Below are positions 13,824 to 26,604 of a DNA stretch of 64,000 nucleotides, in pieces (position 1 is the first letter of the stretch; each line of letters starts with the position of its first letter). A program made the position numbers and the translations under genes. Source of the DNA: Marsupella aquatica. Taxonomy: Eukaryota; Plantae; Marchantiophyta. The stretch is taken from NCBI GenBank assembly GCA_973895155.1, contig OZ316894.1:24426709-24490708 (forward strand), given 5' to 3'. The notes beneath the pieces were generated by a model. It saw nothing but the letters and a program-made list of their open reading frames with translations. It was not told the DNA's origin and did no database searches.

Positions 13824-14208
13824 TGTTGAGCATAGACGACGATTGCAACGGCAAGCCCCTGAACCATCCAACGCACAATAGTCGACACAAGAGATACGTG
13901 GTTCACCTCCTTGAGGCTACGTCCACGGGAACACACAAGAGAGCTTTACTGAACTCTAAGCCCGTCGGCTATACCGAGTCTCCACAGTGTAAGCTCTCCC
14001 TATCTCTCAAGTGACTCCATAACAATGAGCCTTGGTTCTACCTCTCCAAGCACACATGCCTCTTATGATATAGTGTGCAACTTAGTTGTACCTAACCACA
14101 TAGTTGTACCTAATCACGTAGTTGTACCTAACCACGTAGTTGTACCAACCCACGTTGTTGTACCAACCACGTCATACCTAACCTAGACGTAAGAGTAAAT
14201 ACCCAACA
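13824..14208 (-). repeat. 5' LTR of copia copy 1, with five ~18-bp U3 repeats
   Basis: Adjacent to the PBS. tagttgtacctaaccacg-type units at 14083-14171. Confidence 0.97.
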
Positions 14209-17203
14209 CTCACCTCAACATCTTGATCTCACTCAACATCTTTCGTGCAACGCACGGGCATGGGGCTAGTTCATCATATTAAAACAAATCCTAAGATACA
14301 TTCTGCCTCTTCCTATTCTAGTAAGACTGTGGCCTTGGAATCAGCATATAGCTCTGGGAAGCCAAATCATCATCTCAGGGGGCATGTGCAGTGAGGACGA
14401 AGAAAGGCATTCTAGGAAGAGGGAGGCAAGGGTTTGACTGAACACAAACGGAAGGCAAAACCTTTCCTAGAGGACCAGTAGTGGGGGTGCCTGAATCTAA
14501 TCCTAGGGCAAAGGTTGCAATAGAAACCATCTAATGTTTGACTTGACAAACAACTTAGGATCTATTGTGGCAAAATTGTGGATAAGTGACCTAACCCCTG
14601 ACGAATAAGAGTGGCATTGTCATATTTAATTAAAAAACAGCGTGAAGTCGTCATATTCCACAAATAATAGCAATGTAATATGAAACCCACATTTGGGCAA
14701 ACCAACTGCAGTCATAAGGACCTGAAGAAACAGCACGAGTACAGGCATCGTCCACAGCTACTGTACAACGTGATAAACGAGGCCAAAAGGCATCCACGTA
14801 CGTCGTATTAATGCCAAACATCCAAACACATCGACATTTCCAAATGGAGGCATGGAGCCCTGAATTTGCATTACTTTGTTCAAACAGCACCTCAAGTGTG
14901 ACTGTCAAGAGGTCTGGCCAAATGGCATCCACGTACGTCGCCCGTATTCATGCCAAACATACAAACAAATCAATAAAGACGTTTCCAACGATACCCTGAA
15001 TTTGAGTTAATTTGAGTTAAACAGTTAACAAAAGAGTGTTTGTGCTCCTGAATTCACTCTCCATAGCTGGCTCCTCCTGGAGCCTGCCATAGGTTTTGTC
15101 GTTAGTAGTTTTGAGTAGATTTGCTATCTCATTTATTCCTAGTAGAGGAGCAGACGAGGAAGGGAACCGGTCTTAACATCGAATAATAATCAAACCTGAG
15201 ATTATTTATTTAAAAATATAGCCCTTTTAATAATATTAGAAATTTTTTTTAAGGAAGAATCTCTGCCCAATAATTCTTGGGTTGTGGGCCTAAGTGTAGA
15301 CGGCAAGGAGAATTTTTTTCTTGAAAGGAAGTCAGAGAACCAAACATATCATTAAAACTCACCCAGAGTTGCCAACATGAAGTGTAAGACCCTCTTTCTG
15401 ATGTAATGGTTCCTAGCGAGCCCTGCCAGCACTCCATGGGCGGTACAGTGCCTTGACATTTGCAATAAAATGTGCACCCAGATTCAAATAAAAAGAAAGG
15501 GGGTCAAAGCCGTTATTTTGCAAATAGGGTGAGAAAACACAAATGAGAATCTCCAAGGCCAATCACATTTTTTGAAAGCACTAGAAAAACACCATTTATG
15601 ACTTTTTAGGGTGACACATAGGATAGAAAGTATACACAAACTTTTTACAGAAAAGGGCCAAACAGAGTACAAAAGAATAAACAAAAGAGATCTTAAATGG
15701 GCAAAAATAAATACAAAAGAAATGAGCAAAAGAAAACCTCTAAGAGCCAAGAAAGGGGATAGTTTTTATTGTATTTACATATATGTTTTCCAAAATAGAA
15801 AACAATTCAGTCAACTTTTCTGTTTGGCTCTACAGTAGGTTCTCCAGCCTCCTTTGCTTCAAGCAGGTCCTACTTCTTTCAGGCATCCTACGTTTCTTTG
15901 TTGACTTCCTCTCTGGTGGTTTTCCAATTCTTTGGCGAGTCATTGTTTTCGCTGGGGTCTTTATTTGACTTGGCTTTGGTCCCTTTCCATAAAAAAATAA
16001 GAACTCCATAGACAATGCTCAACTGAGCTCGTTCGTGACCTTTGTTGTGGGCGTGTGAGTTACTACAGTAACTACTGTAATAGGCTCACCTTCGCTACAT
16101 AAGATTCGTGCCTCTGAGACATAATGAGTCACGATGTAATTATTATTTTCTGACCACGTAAGTCAGTCACCTCAGATGTACTACTCCTCTAGAGAAGCAG
16201 TAACGCGTGGAATAACAGCTGAATTGTGGCATAGTCCCGCGACATAGCAGTCGACGGGAAAATTCCCCGGCTGGAGATTTGGGGGATCGGAGACTCAGCA
16301 CTAACCTTGGCGTCAGATCTGGGGCGTCCAAATTGATCCGAGGGCCACGAGGAGCGCTGTCAGGAAGGTGAAAAAATTTGTCCCGGCAAAGCGGCGTCAA
16401 AGGTGCCAACGCTTTCCGAATGGGACTGGAGCCAGTCCCGCGTCCGGACCGGCTGGAGCCACCTCCACCTCTCCTGTGTCGTTCGCCTCTCGAGACTCTA
16501 GTCTCGAGACTGGAGAGTTGAGACTGGAGAGTTGAGAGACTGGACGCTCGACGTTTGCTCTGTTCGTGCGATTCGCGCCGCGCTCGCCGTGTATGTAGTC
16601 AACCGATTGCGGCAGCGGATTGTCTCGTTGCAATCATTCGCTGCATTCGCGGGAGAGTTTCCGAAAGAGTTTCCGAAATTTCTCTTTGGTTCCCCGGAGG
16701 AGGAGACGGAGGGGGACGGGAGGGAGAGGACCAGAGTCCAGAGGACAGGACCAGACAGCGCGGAGAGGCATTGGTATCGGAGTAGCAGAGACCACACAGA
16801 GATTACGTCGGGGTGGAGGAAATCATTGCAGATTCACTGGAGAAGGAAGAGCCAGCTCAGCCAAGCGCAGTGGAGCTCAGCTTTTTTCCCCTGGAGTACA
16901 ACGCTGCCGCTGACTGCTGAAGTACAAATCGCGGAGGACAACTGGGTGTTTGGGGAGAGGGAGGGAGTGAGGGAGGGAGCAGCTCAGAGTCCCGCACTGT
17001 CTCTCCTAGCGCTCATTCGGTGTTGAGCTTTAGCTGTCGATCGTGTCGGGGTCGGGGGTTTCGAGACGCGGATCGAATTGGGGTCCGGAGCTGTGTGGAG
17101 TACTGCGCTTGGGAGAGATCTGGCTTGGTAGCGCATTTGCAGATCGAGCTCTCCTCTGTTTGATATCGGACGATACAGTGGTTGGTTGGTATCAGAGGGG
17201 AAA

Positions 17204-20200
17204 ATGGCACCAACTATGGAGTCTGTGGCTGTCCAGCACGCACCGAGTCTGGATGCATCGCTCAGCAAGCTCTCAGTGGAAGAGTCGCAGACGAGGGAGT
17301 ACATTTTCCGATCGAAGCTGCCGGATATTGAACTGTCGAATCACATGAGTTTGGCAGACTACAGCCTCGAGAGGGCGCCAGAGAACCTGGATCGGATTGC
17401 TCTCCTAGATGGGCCGACAGGAAAGAAGTGGACGTACAGGGAGACCGCTCTTCTGGCGAAGAAGGTCGCAGCAGGGTTGGACAAGCAAGGAATTGCGAAA
17501 GGTGATGTGATCGCGCTCCTGCTCCCGAACTGTGCCGAATTCGTGCTGTGTTTGTTGGGCTCCGCGACTCGCGGCTCCATCGTCACTACGTGCAACCCGT
17601 TCTACACGGAGAGAGAGATCGCCAAGCAACTTAGCGCGTGCAAGGCCAAGCTCATTGTCACTCAAGCCGCTTTTGTTGACAAGGTCCGAGACTTAGGAAT
17701 GACGATGATCACAGTGGACTCTCCTCCGGAAGGCGCCCTACCCATCAGCGTTCTGTTTGACAACGACGAAAAGGACGCCCCCAGAGTAGAGATCAACTCA
17801 GAGGAAGTCGTATGCCTGCCGTACTCCTCCGGTACCACTGGGCTTCCCAAGGGCGTAATGCTAACTCACAAGAGTCTAATTTCCAGTGTCGCGCAGCAGG
17901 TGGATGGGGAGAATCCCAACTTGCACTTCACAGCTGACGACGTCATCGTTTGCCTGTTGCCTATGTTCCATATTTATTCCCTCAACTCTGTTCTTTTCTG
18001 CTCCCTGCGCGTGTGCTGCACCATAGTGATAATGCCGAAGTACACTATCCCTCAACTCTTGGAGATGATTCAAACGTACAAGATCTCTCTCCTGCCTGTG
18101 GTTCCCCCTGTGGTGCTGGGCATTGCGAAGTCTCCCATCGTGGAAAACTACGACCTCAGTTCTGTGAAGTACATCATGTCTGGAGCCGCTCCTCTCGGTA
18201 AGGAGCTAGAAGACAAGTTCCAAGCGAAATTTCCCAACGCAGTTCTTGGCCAGGTATAGTAGACAGACGCTTGATCTGTCAGCGTCACTTCATATCCAGC
18301 CACTTTCTCTCCTGACAAAAGTTTGCTGATCTTCCTCGCATTCTTGTCCACGGAATTGCTTTTCCGGTTGTAGGCCGAGTCAGGGAGAGTAGTGGAGATG
18401 TGGGCACATTGGGTGTTCATTGTTTTCTGGTACCCATTGATTTTTTTCAACCCCCTGGTTGTCTGTCCTGTGTCTTCAAAGCGTCTGCTTTCTGGAAATT
18501 CTTAGCAGAGGCCTCTTGTTCACCCCTAGCCTCCTCTGGGAATTGCAATTAGATTCTCCAAAGCTCGAGTTCGCTACGCGGTATCCTCTGTGGCTAGTTT
18601 CTGGAGGATTTGGTGTTGTGTGCTCCAGTTTCCCCTCCAGCGGCGTTGTGTTGCACGATGGACATCTCTCATCTCTCTCTTATGTGTGTGCAGGGTTATG
18701 GGATGACGGAAGCTGGCCCAGTGTTGAGTATGTGCCTCAGTTTTGCAAAGCATCCTTTCACAGTGAAGTCAGGATCATGCGGGACAGTGGTTCGCAACGC
18801 AGAGGTGAAAATTGTGGATCCCGAAACTGGGGTTTCTAGGACCTACAACGAGCCTGGAGAACTCTGCATACGTGGACCACAAATAATGAAGGGTACGGTA
18901 CGATCCCCCAGTGGAATATGTACTAGTGCAAATGGACACCTCTCTTTCTAGGACAGTAGTAGTTTAATCCCCTGGTCGTGGGACAGGGTGAGGCTTGTCG
19001 TAGCGTGCAGATCGCTGCTAGTTGTTCCGGGGCCCCTGCGCGATCTCCTGTTTTCTTATTCTATGGTGAAATTCATTTTTGATCTGGCAGGCTATTTGGA
19101 CAACCCCGAGGCAACCTTAAATGCGATCGACAAGGAAGGTTGGTTGCACACTGGTGATATCGCGGTTATTGACGAAGATGAGGAGGTATTCATTGTTGAT
19201 CGCGTGAAGGAGATTATCAAGTTCAAGGGCTTTCAGGTAGCTGACTTGAGTCTTTACCTTTCCGAAGATCCCGTCGGTCGCTGTTGCACCTGCGTTGTAG
19301 CCTACATTTACTCTTTAGCCGTATGTCTACAATGTGACCGTAGAGGTCTGTTTTTCCAGGCCTATGGTTTTCGTGGGTTGGCTCTTGGGCTTCGACTTGC
19401 TAAAACTGTCCCCTGTGGCTGAATTAAGTTCTTCTATTCTCTGCTTCACCTTGTTGGATTGCGAAGGCCAAGTTTTAAACCGTACGAAATTGTCTTCGTA
19501 CAGGTTCCACCGGCTGAACTGGAAGCCCTTCTCGTATCTCACCCATCTATCGGGGATGCAGCTGTTGTTTCGTAAGTACCTGTCTTTTCGTGGTGGAGAC
19601 TTCGTAATTATTAGCTGTTGATTAGCAGTTGATGCGATTGCTACGACGGAAGTGGTATGGATTGTGTCGATTTTGGATCCTCAAAGGATTTGCAATTTTC
19701 AATGCACTGTTGATTTTTCTCACATCAGCCTTGTCCATTTGCAGTAAGCCGGATGAGATTGCAGGAGAAGTCCCTGTTGCATTTGTAGTCAAAACCCCTG
19801 ACGCGAAGATCACTGAGGATGAGGTTAAGGAGTTCATTTCGAAGCAGGTAATTCTCCTCCTTCATATGGATTCTTTCTTTTGAAGCCTGCCCATAGAACC
19901 TTCAATTAACGCGCAATTCAACACAAGTCTAGATTATTGAATAGGGAGCAAAAATGTGATTTTAGCCCCGATGTGCATATTGGACTTCCAGAAATCGTAC
20001 TACATCTCTCCTCGATCGTGAAGGAATTCGAGTCGGCAGCCTGCACAGCTTGCATGTTTCGAGAATAGATCAAAATCCATCTATTTGTTTTTGTTTAGGG
20101 TTTAGTGTTTATAATACGATGCAGTACGCCTCTGTCTTAAATTAAATTCGTCGTCTTGTGCAGGTTGTCTTTTACAAAAGGTTGCACGGTGTATATTTCG

Positions 20201-20265
20201 TGGAATCCATACCAAAGGGTCCTTCTGGCAAGATTCTCCGAAAGGACTTGAGAGTGAAGCTGTGA
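17204..20265 (+). CDS. 4CL: 4-coumarate:CoA ligase; exons 17204-18253, 18694-18892, 19091-19236, 19504-19571, 19745-19847, 20164-20265
   Basis: Box [23 protein letters not shown], box [30 protein letters not shown] and [15 protein letters not shown] introns give a continuous frame. Confidence 0.95.
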
Positions 20266-21599
20266 GCCGTGTATAGTCTCAACTCTAAGATCATTCTCAA
20301 TTATGACAGGGTTGAGTGGATAAACAGTCATGCCTCTCAATCTGACCATTTGACCATAGCATCCCCTCGGAGATCAATTAAGGACTGGTTTTGAATATCT
20401 GTTCAATGCAATTCTACCATACAAGATGAGGCTAGAAGCAGAGGGGATGTGCATAGGCCGTTGATTAACCATCCTGTTAAGAACGAATGGTGACAGCTGC
20501 AACACCTTTTCATGTTAAGAGGAAGGAACCCAATTCGCGGAACCTCCTTATGGACGCAGTAGAGCAAGTGTACGAATAGTATTTTGTAGGCTTCGTGAAT
20601 TCGCGGGCTTGTAGTAATTGCCCGAAATCACGACCACGTAATTATGTTGCCTTAATACACCTATAACAGAAGTGCCCATTGGCGCTGTGGAATAAAACTA
20701 CCGGAGTGCTGCTTTCTCTCGTGACTCATGTTCCACCTACCTAACGCGTTTCAATGCTTGAAAGGCGACTGCAGTGTGGATTGTAGTTCGAAACGTGCTC
20801 GGACACCTGAGATGTTTTCGTCTTCGTCGTGGTTTGTTCACTCCAAAGGTTGTGATGTGGCTTCATCTCGATGCGGGCTTATGTGAGTTCATGGAATCGT
20901 AGGTTCTCCTGCCTGTTAAGGCAACAATTATGTATTCTGGACATGATTCCCCAGAGGATTTGGGATGAGTCGTGTCATGATTTGGAAGCATATCAAGGGA
21001 TGATGACAACTGACAGCTTAGGAACTTAGGGTTTATCAATTATGGATTCTGAGAGGGCCACACAGGCAAAAAGCGGAAGCGAATGAATGAAAGAAAACCA
21101 GTCAAAGAAACCGTGTTGTGCTGTTCAACCGACTACTGGACAGAGGTACCTGATGCCTCACAATCACCTACAGAAGGATCTGCTCCTGTTCGTTTTGCAG
21201 GTTTGCACGTGCATTGCTGATCTGACACTGAATGACGGTCAGCGTGCTCAGCAGATTCCAACTGTCAAGCCTGCTTGCCTAGTTGATTCCAACAGCTCTT
21301 AAGTACGTTACGAGCTTCTGAGTTTGATTACCTGTACAACGTGGATTGCGTTTTCGAAGTGTCTGACCTACCAACACAAAGTCACAAACCCTCGCGAATC
21401 TCGGATGCCTCGGATCTCGGACACAGTCCCGTGCAATTTCCTGTGTCGTGCAATGTTTGCCAAGCTAAACTATGTACAGGGTGTTGATCGCTTTACTGCG
21501 CACGTTGTTGGTGGAACCATTGTTGGTGGAACCAAACATTGGAACCTTGATTGCTCTGTTGGGGATATTGCGAAAGAAGTGCGTAGCATATCAGCTTGC

Positions 21600-22530
21600 C
21601 ATTTGAGCATGAATTTGGGCCGATCAGTGTCCAGCACGTCCCAATATTGGAACTGATTGCTATGCTGAGCGCATATATGTGCATCTGTGGCAATTCTTCG
21701 GCAATTTGTGGAGCCCACAACTTTTTCAATGTATGAACTTGTGGCAATTCTTTGGCAATGCGTGGAGCCCACACTTTTTTTCAATGTATGAGCTTCCTGC
21801 TCTTTGACAATGTATACGAGCCGTCCAAGCAGTGGAACTCTGATTCCGCAGCTGGGCAGATAATAATAATTTCATCCCTTGCAAGCTTTTGGCGTACTCA
21901 TAATAATGTAAGCATCTGTAGCAAGATTTGGCAATGTTTGGAGCCCACTCCTTTTGGCAATGTCTGGACTTTCTATTTGGCAATGTATGGAGCCCACTCC
22001 TTTTTGGCAATGTGTGGACTTTGTTTTGGGTCATGTACATGACATGAGCCGATGAGTGTCCAGTACGTCCCAACATTAGAGCTGATTGCACTGTTCGGCA
22101 CATTTACTTCCCACACATTATGGGGCAGCTGTGTGTGTATCCAAAGGACTGGATGTTGGGGAAAAAAAGTTGGGAATGAACCCAACCTTGCATGAACTCA
22201 GGCTGGGGCAATTTCACTGATTTTTGCCCAAACCACACATGGCCAGTAGATGCTTGAGGAGACGCCCTAAACTTAGAAGTCCGTGTTGGAGTTGATGTCC
22301 CCATGAACACCTCATTTTGGCGGTGTTCCAATCTTGATTATCCCAAGCGTAATCTGTTCCATTCTAGTTAGGGCTAGTGAACCTGAGCCAAACTTAATAA
22401 CACATCATGTCTGGAAGCAATAAATGGTGCATCCTATATGCTTCTTTGGCAATGTATTGAGCCCACTCCTTTTGGGCTTTTGGCAATGCTTGAAGTTGCT
22501 ATTTGACGAATTAAATGAGCCTATGAGTCC
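21600..22530. repeat. Degenerate repeat cluster (ggcaatgtatggagcccactcctttt-like units plus a duplicated gccgat-agtgtccag-acgtcccaa block)
   Basis: Variants at ~21700, 21755, 21930, 21980 and 22450. Block duplication at ~21615 and ~22045. Confidence 0.7.
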
Positions 22531-24199
22531 ACTGAGTGAAGCCAGGTTGGCAAACGTGTGTCTCACCGCCTTGGTGCTCTTTTCGAAAGGGGCCTGATGT
22601 GGAAGAATCCCATTTTGGCCGGGATTCAGGGAACTACAGGTACTAACTGTAGTAGCATTCCTAGTCTCTCTTGTGGCTTGTAGCATTCAACTTGACTGTA
22701 CATAACTAGTAAAGTATTCTGGACTCAGCAGTACTACGGACCACTGCTACTATGCAGAATTAGTAACCTAGATTTAAAGTTCTGCTGACCACGATCTCAA
22801 CAGTGCTCTCATGTCAACAACTCCTGGCAAATTGTCAAAAAGTTCAGACTTCGAAAATAATAAAATATTCTGATTTAAATGTCGACCATTTGTCCATGAC
22901 CAAGTCTTGGGCCATGGCCCGTTTACAAGGTCTTGAAGGACCACACCAGATAGGGTTGGTCACTCAGTATTGGATTGGATGACACGCTCTATAGAGTTGT
23001 TGGCTGAACTTTAGGTCACTATTATGAAAGCGCCGCAATGGGTCCCAAAGAGTATAGTGCAGAGCATTATCCACCATGTTGTGAAAACTTTATTTGATAA
23101 TGAGTCTTGCGTGCTCACATAGCTTTGGTCACTTCCCTGGGGTAAGAATGGAGATGGATGACATAGTTGTCCGGAAGTCCTCCATTCAGCTCAACAAGCT
23201 AATTTGGTCACACAAAAAGACTGAATGAACATTGCCTCCTCCCATCCCCATACCTGCCCACCTTCCTAATGCCTCCATCCATTCCCAGTCTCCTTACCTC
23301 CATATCCAACCTCCGCCCTCCTCCTGGCACCTGAGGCGGCTACCTCCCTCCCTCCCTCAGACTTCTTTTTGTACTAGCCTGATTACCCATTCCTTTACAC
23401 ACAAATATTCTATGCTATTTTTTGTTTATCTTTGCCTCATATTTGTTTTTCTCATTTTAAAAATTTGTCATTATTGAGAGTTATCGACTAGACTAGAGGT
23501 TTCACTATAGACCATAGTCTTGGAAAGTAGCTTTGCATCGCGCTTTATTAATAAGATTTGGGAACATCTTTCTCCTATGCCCTACCCTCAAATACAGGTT
23601 TGAGTTTTCAGGTTTCACTATGACTATTTGGTTTGTTTAGACAGTCCCTTCAATTTGTTTTGGATAAAGTATGCTTGGGAGGAGCCACGGCCCTGACCCA
23701 CAGCAGTAATTGATTGATTGAACAAAGTGAAGTCACTTGTGATGGGATTGCAAAACCAGAACCTGTATCCCAGGTAGGGTTGTCCAGAATCTTACGACCA
23801 GGTTCTGGAGAATGGACATAATACAACAAAAATATGGAGCTGGGATTGTACAATGTACAGCATAAGCATGCGGGAGGGTGAAGGAGTTTGCATGTTAGTC
23901 AAGGTGGAGGGAGAGAAGAAGAGTGGTTCAGTTTCCTTGTCTAGAGTAATGCCCTCCAAAAATATTTCATCGCAAAGCCTGCCGCGGATATACCAACTGG
24001 AGTCACACTGGGGAGGGGAAGGCTGGAGGGAATGGGGCCCAATCAAGTCTCTTTCGAACGATCATATACACAACTGCAATGGATCATAAACGTCTTACGC
24101 AGATATGCCCAAAGGCCAAAACCCCAATAAAGGGGGAAAAACAAAGAAAAGAACAGAGAAAAACCAAAAGCCAAAACGACAGAAAGACCAATCGCAAAA

Positions 24200-24530
24200 G
24201 AACGGAAGCCCTACTGCCACAAACTGAAATGCGCCCAAAAGGCAAAAGAACAAAAGCCCTACTGCCACAAACTGAAATGCCTGGTAACAAACTGAAATGC
24301 ACCCAAAAGGCAAAAGAACAAAAGCCCTACTGCCACAAACTGAAATGCCTGGTAACAAACTGAAATGCACCCAAAAGGCAAAAGAACAAAAGCCCTACTG
24401 CCACAAACTGAAATGCCTGGTAACAAACTGAAATGCACCCAAAAGGCAAAAGAACAAAAGCCCTACTGGCCACAAACTGAAATGCCTGGTAACAAGCTGA
24501 AATGCCTGGTAAAAAACTGAAATGCTTGGT
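24200..24530. repeat. Tandem repeat, 68-bp unit x ~4.5
   Basis: actgaaatgcacccaaaaggcaaaagaacaaaagccctactgccacaaactgaaatgcctggtaacaa recurs with period 68 (24291, 24359, 24427). Confidence 0.95.
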
Positions 24531-25674
24531 AGAGCTTCTAGGTGAAATGCATGGGAGGGTCACGAATAGGGAATTGACTAAATGTCCTAAAAGAAGGGAA
24601 CTGGTTGGGGCGGCTTTCTTTCCAATGGGGGCCCATCAAGTCTTTTGTTGGTAGAGCCACAAGGATGGTTGCCAACAACTTGAGGTACAACTTGGGGGAA
24701 CATGCCAAACTAAAGAAATGTCGAGATAGACGTATGGAATCGTCACAATGGAGCATACAATATTACAATACAATGAATCGAGGAAAGCAGAACGATCTTT
24801 TTAACGCTTTCCTTGTTCCCATCGTCGCGAATCTGTGAACGAGACGATGCTAGAAAAATTCCTTTATCTAATTTTGACAGCTTCATATTAATTTTAGAGC
24901 CTCAGATCTCCCTTGATTTAAGGATACCCACCAGATTCTGGCTACTTGGTCTATGGCTAGGTGCGACCCTAATGTAGCTAAGGGAAGACCAAAAAACCTA
25001 CCGAAGACTTTTCAAGGAGCTAGAATAATGTGCTCGAGGTGATTTTGGGCATTACAAAAACGCTGGAGAAAAGTATCAGTCCATTCCCCACTTTTAGTAC
25101 TGTACCCAAATTCTCACAAGCGGCGGCGGTGCTCGTGATCGCACCGGACTATGCTCATTCTGTCACCTACCAGGAATTGTGGTTCTCCCTCTCCGGGCTC
25201 CGGCTCTGCACTTTCTTCGCAGTGGGGCCTCCTCCGCCATTGTTTACGATTATGCCCTGGAAAATTCCGCCCTGCATCATCGTTTCTTTGTTCGGTTTGG
25301 GCGATGCCTCCCCCCTGAATTGGATTAGGGTTGGCAAGGCGCCCTCGTGCCCTCGTGGTTGGTGTGTCGCTCACATTCGGACTGGAGGGAGTGGGGCTGG
25401 ATTCGCTCGAAGGTAGTGGAGAGGACGTAATTTTATTCAGGTACGTGAAAGGATCGAGAAAGGGGGTCTTGCATGATTGTGGGAAAAATTCTCTTTTGAT
25501 TGGTCGGCACATAAAATTAGATTCTGGATTTTGGGTGACCCGACACGGAACTTATGAATTTCGTTTCGGGTGTTGTTTCTTCGTATGGAGAAGAGCGAGG
25601 ATCGGTTTGACTGGTGAAATTTTGAGATCTCGTCTGCCGAGGCTGGGCACTTTCGAATTCCGACTTTTGCTACC

Positions 25675-26604
25675 ATGTCCGTGATGGCCGCATGTTCTCA
25701 TTCCATGGCGGTGGTAGGGTTGGGTTCTCTGGCCTTGAATGCACCCTCTGTGAAGAATTCGCCTACTTCGCCGGCGTTGGTTTCTTCAGGGGTAACTGCT
25801 TCGATCTCAGCGTTCGAAAGACCCTCGACTCAGACGAGAGGAAGGGTTTCCGTGAGGTCTCCGTTCGTTGGAAATACGCAGCCTCTTTATTCCGATCAAG
25901 ATGGGAAAGGTTTGAGGACATCGAGAGCCGTCCGAGTAGTGAGCAAAGGAGCAGCTGAACCCCTGAAAGTGATGATTGCCGGAGCGCCAGCATCAGGGAA
26001 GGGCACTCAGTGTGAATTGATTGCAGAGAAGTTTGGTCTGACGCACATTTCTGCGGGAGATTTGCTGCGGGCGGAGGTGGCTGCCGGAACGGAAGCTGGT
26101 AAAATTGCTAAAGAGTACATGAATGCAGGAAAGCTCGTCCCGAGTGAAATTGTGGTGGCTATGGTGAAGAATAGACTTGCTCAGCCCGATGTAAGCACAG
26201 GTTGGTTACTGGATGGTTATCCTCGAAGCTTGGAACAAGCAGAGGCACTCGAAGCAGTGGGCATTCGCCCCGAGATCTTCATTCTTCTGGATGTGCCCGA
26301 TGATATTCTGGTGACTAGGGTGGTAGGAAGAAGGTCGGATCCCGTGACAGGTAAAATTTACCATATCACTTTTGCTCCCCCGGAGAATGAAGAAATTGCA
26401 AGCAGGTTGGTGCAGAGATTTGACGACAAGGAGGAGAAGGTGAAAGCACGCGTGGACACTCATAATGCCAATGTGGCCTCAGTCATTGGGGTGTACAACG
26501 ACATAATTAAGACCGTGAACGGAGATCGCCCTAAGCTTGAGGTGTTTGAGGAAATTGCAAACCATCTATCAGCTCTTCGGAAGGAGGGGTCACTCGTAGT
26601 ATGA
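25675..26604 (+). CDS. ADK: Plastid-type adenylate kinase, single exon, with predicted transit peptide
   Basis: P-loop GAPASGKGTQ, HISAGDLLR, WLLDGYPR and LID-region RVVGRRSDPVTGKIYH. The ~90-aa N-terminus is Ser/Ala/Arg-rich. Confidence 0.93.
   Translation: MSVMAACSHSMAVVGLGSLALNAPSVKNSPTSPALVSSGVTASISAFERPSTQTRGRVSVRSPFVGNTQPLYSDQDGKGLRTSRAVRVVSKGAAEPLKVMIAGAPASGKGTQCELIAEKFGLTHISAGDLLRAEVAAGTEAGKIAKEYMNAGKLVPSEIVVAMVKNRLAQPDVSTGWLLDGYPRSLEQAEALEAVGIRPEIFILLDVPDDILVTRVVGRRSDPVTGKIYHITFAPPENEEIASRLVQRFDDKEEKVKARVDTHNANVASVIGVYNDIIKTVNGDRPKLEVFEEIANHLSALRKEGSLVV

Larger units (their letters stand above)
7779..14208 (-). mobile_element. Full-length Ty1/copia LTR retrotransposon (Tnt1/Tork-like), copy 1
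   Basis: 385-bp LTRs at 7779-8163 and 13824-14208 (TGTT...AACA, ~2 differences). TSD CTCAC at 7774-7778 and 14209-14213. tRNA-iMet PBS (revcomp TGGTATCAGAGC) at 13810-13821 and PPT at ~8164-8176. Domain order is gag-PR-IN-RT-RH. Confidence 0.97.
6236..14269 (+). mobile_element. Non-autonomous Helitron-like element (~1.6 kb) interrupted by copia copy 1
   Basis: 3' end: hairpin CGTGCAACGCACG (14244-14256), then CTAG (14266-14269) followed by T. Candidate 5' end: A|TCTACATCTATAATA at 6236, 14/15 identical to the 5' end of the short element at 55998. The 5' boundary is less certain than the 3' boundary. Confidence 0.6.

Noticed and set aside
16532-17026. 164-aa ORF and overlapping ORFs upstream of 4CL
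   Set aside because: This is GC-rich promoter or leader sequence with ORFs in many frames and no recognisable motif.
17187-17197. TGGTATCAGAG (PBS-like) just upstream of the 4CL start codon
   Set aside because: There is no adjacent LTR or retroelement sequence and it lies in the 4CL leader, so it is likely a chance match.
24200-24530. Regularly spaced repeats (also 4344-4547 and 53735-53960) superficially like a CRISPR array
   Set aside because: The units are head-to-tail tandem copies without unique spacers, there are no cas genes, and the context is eukaryotic.
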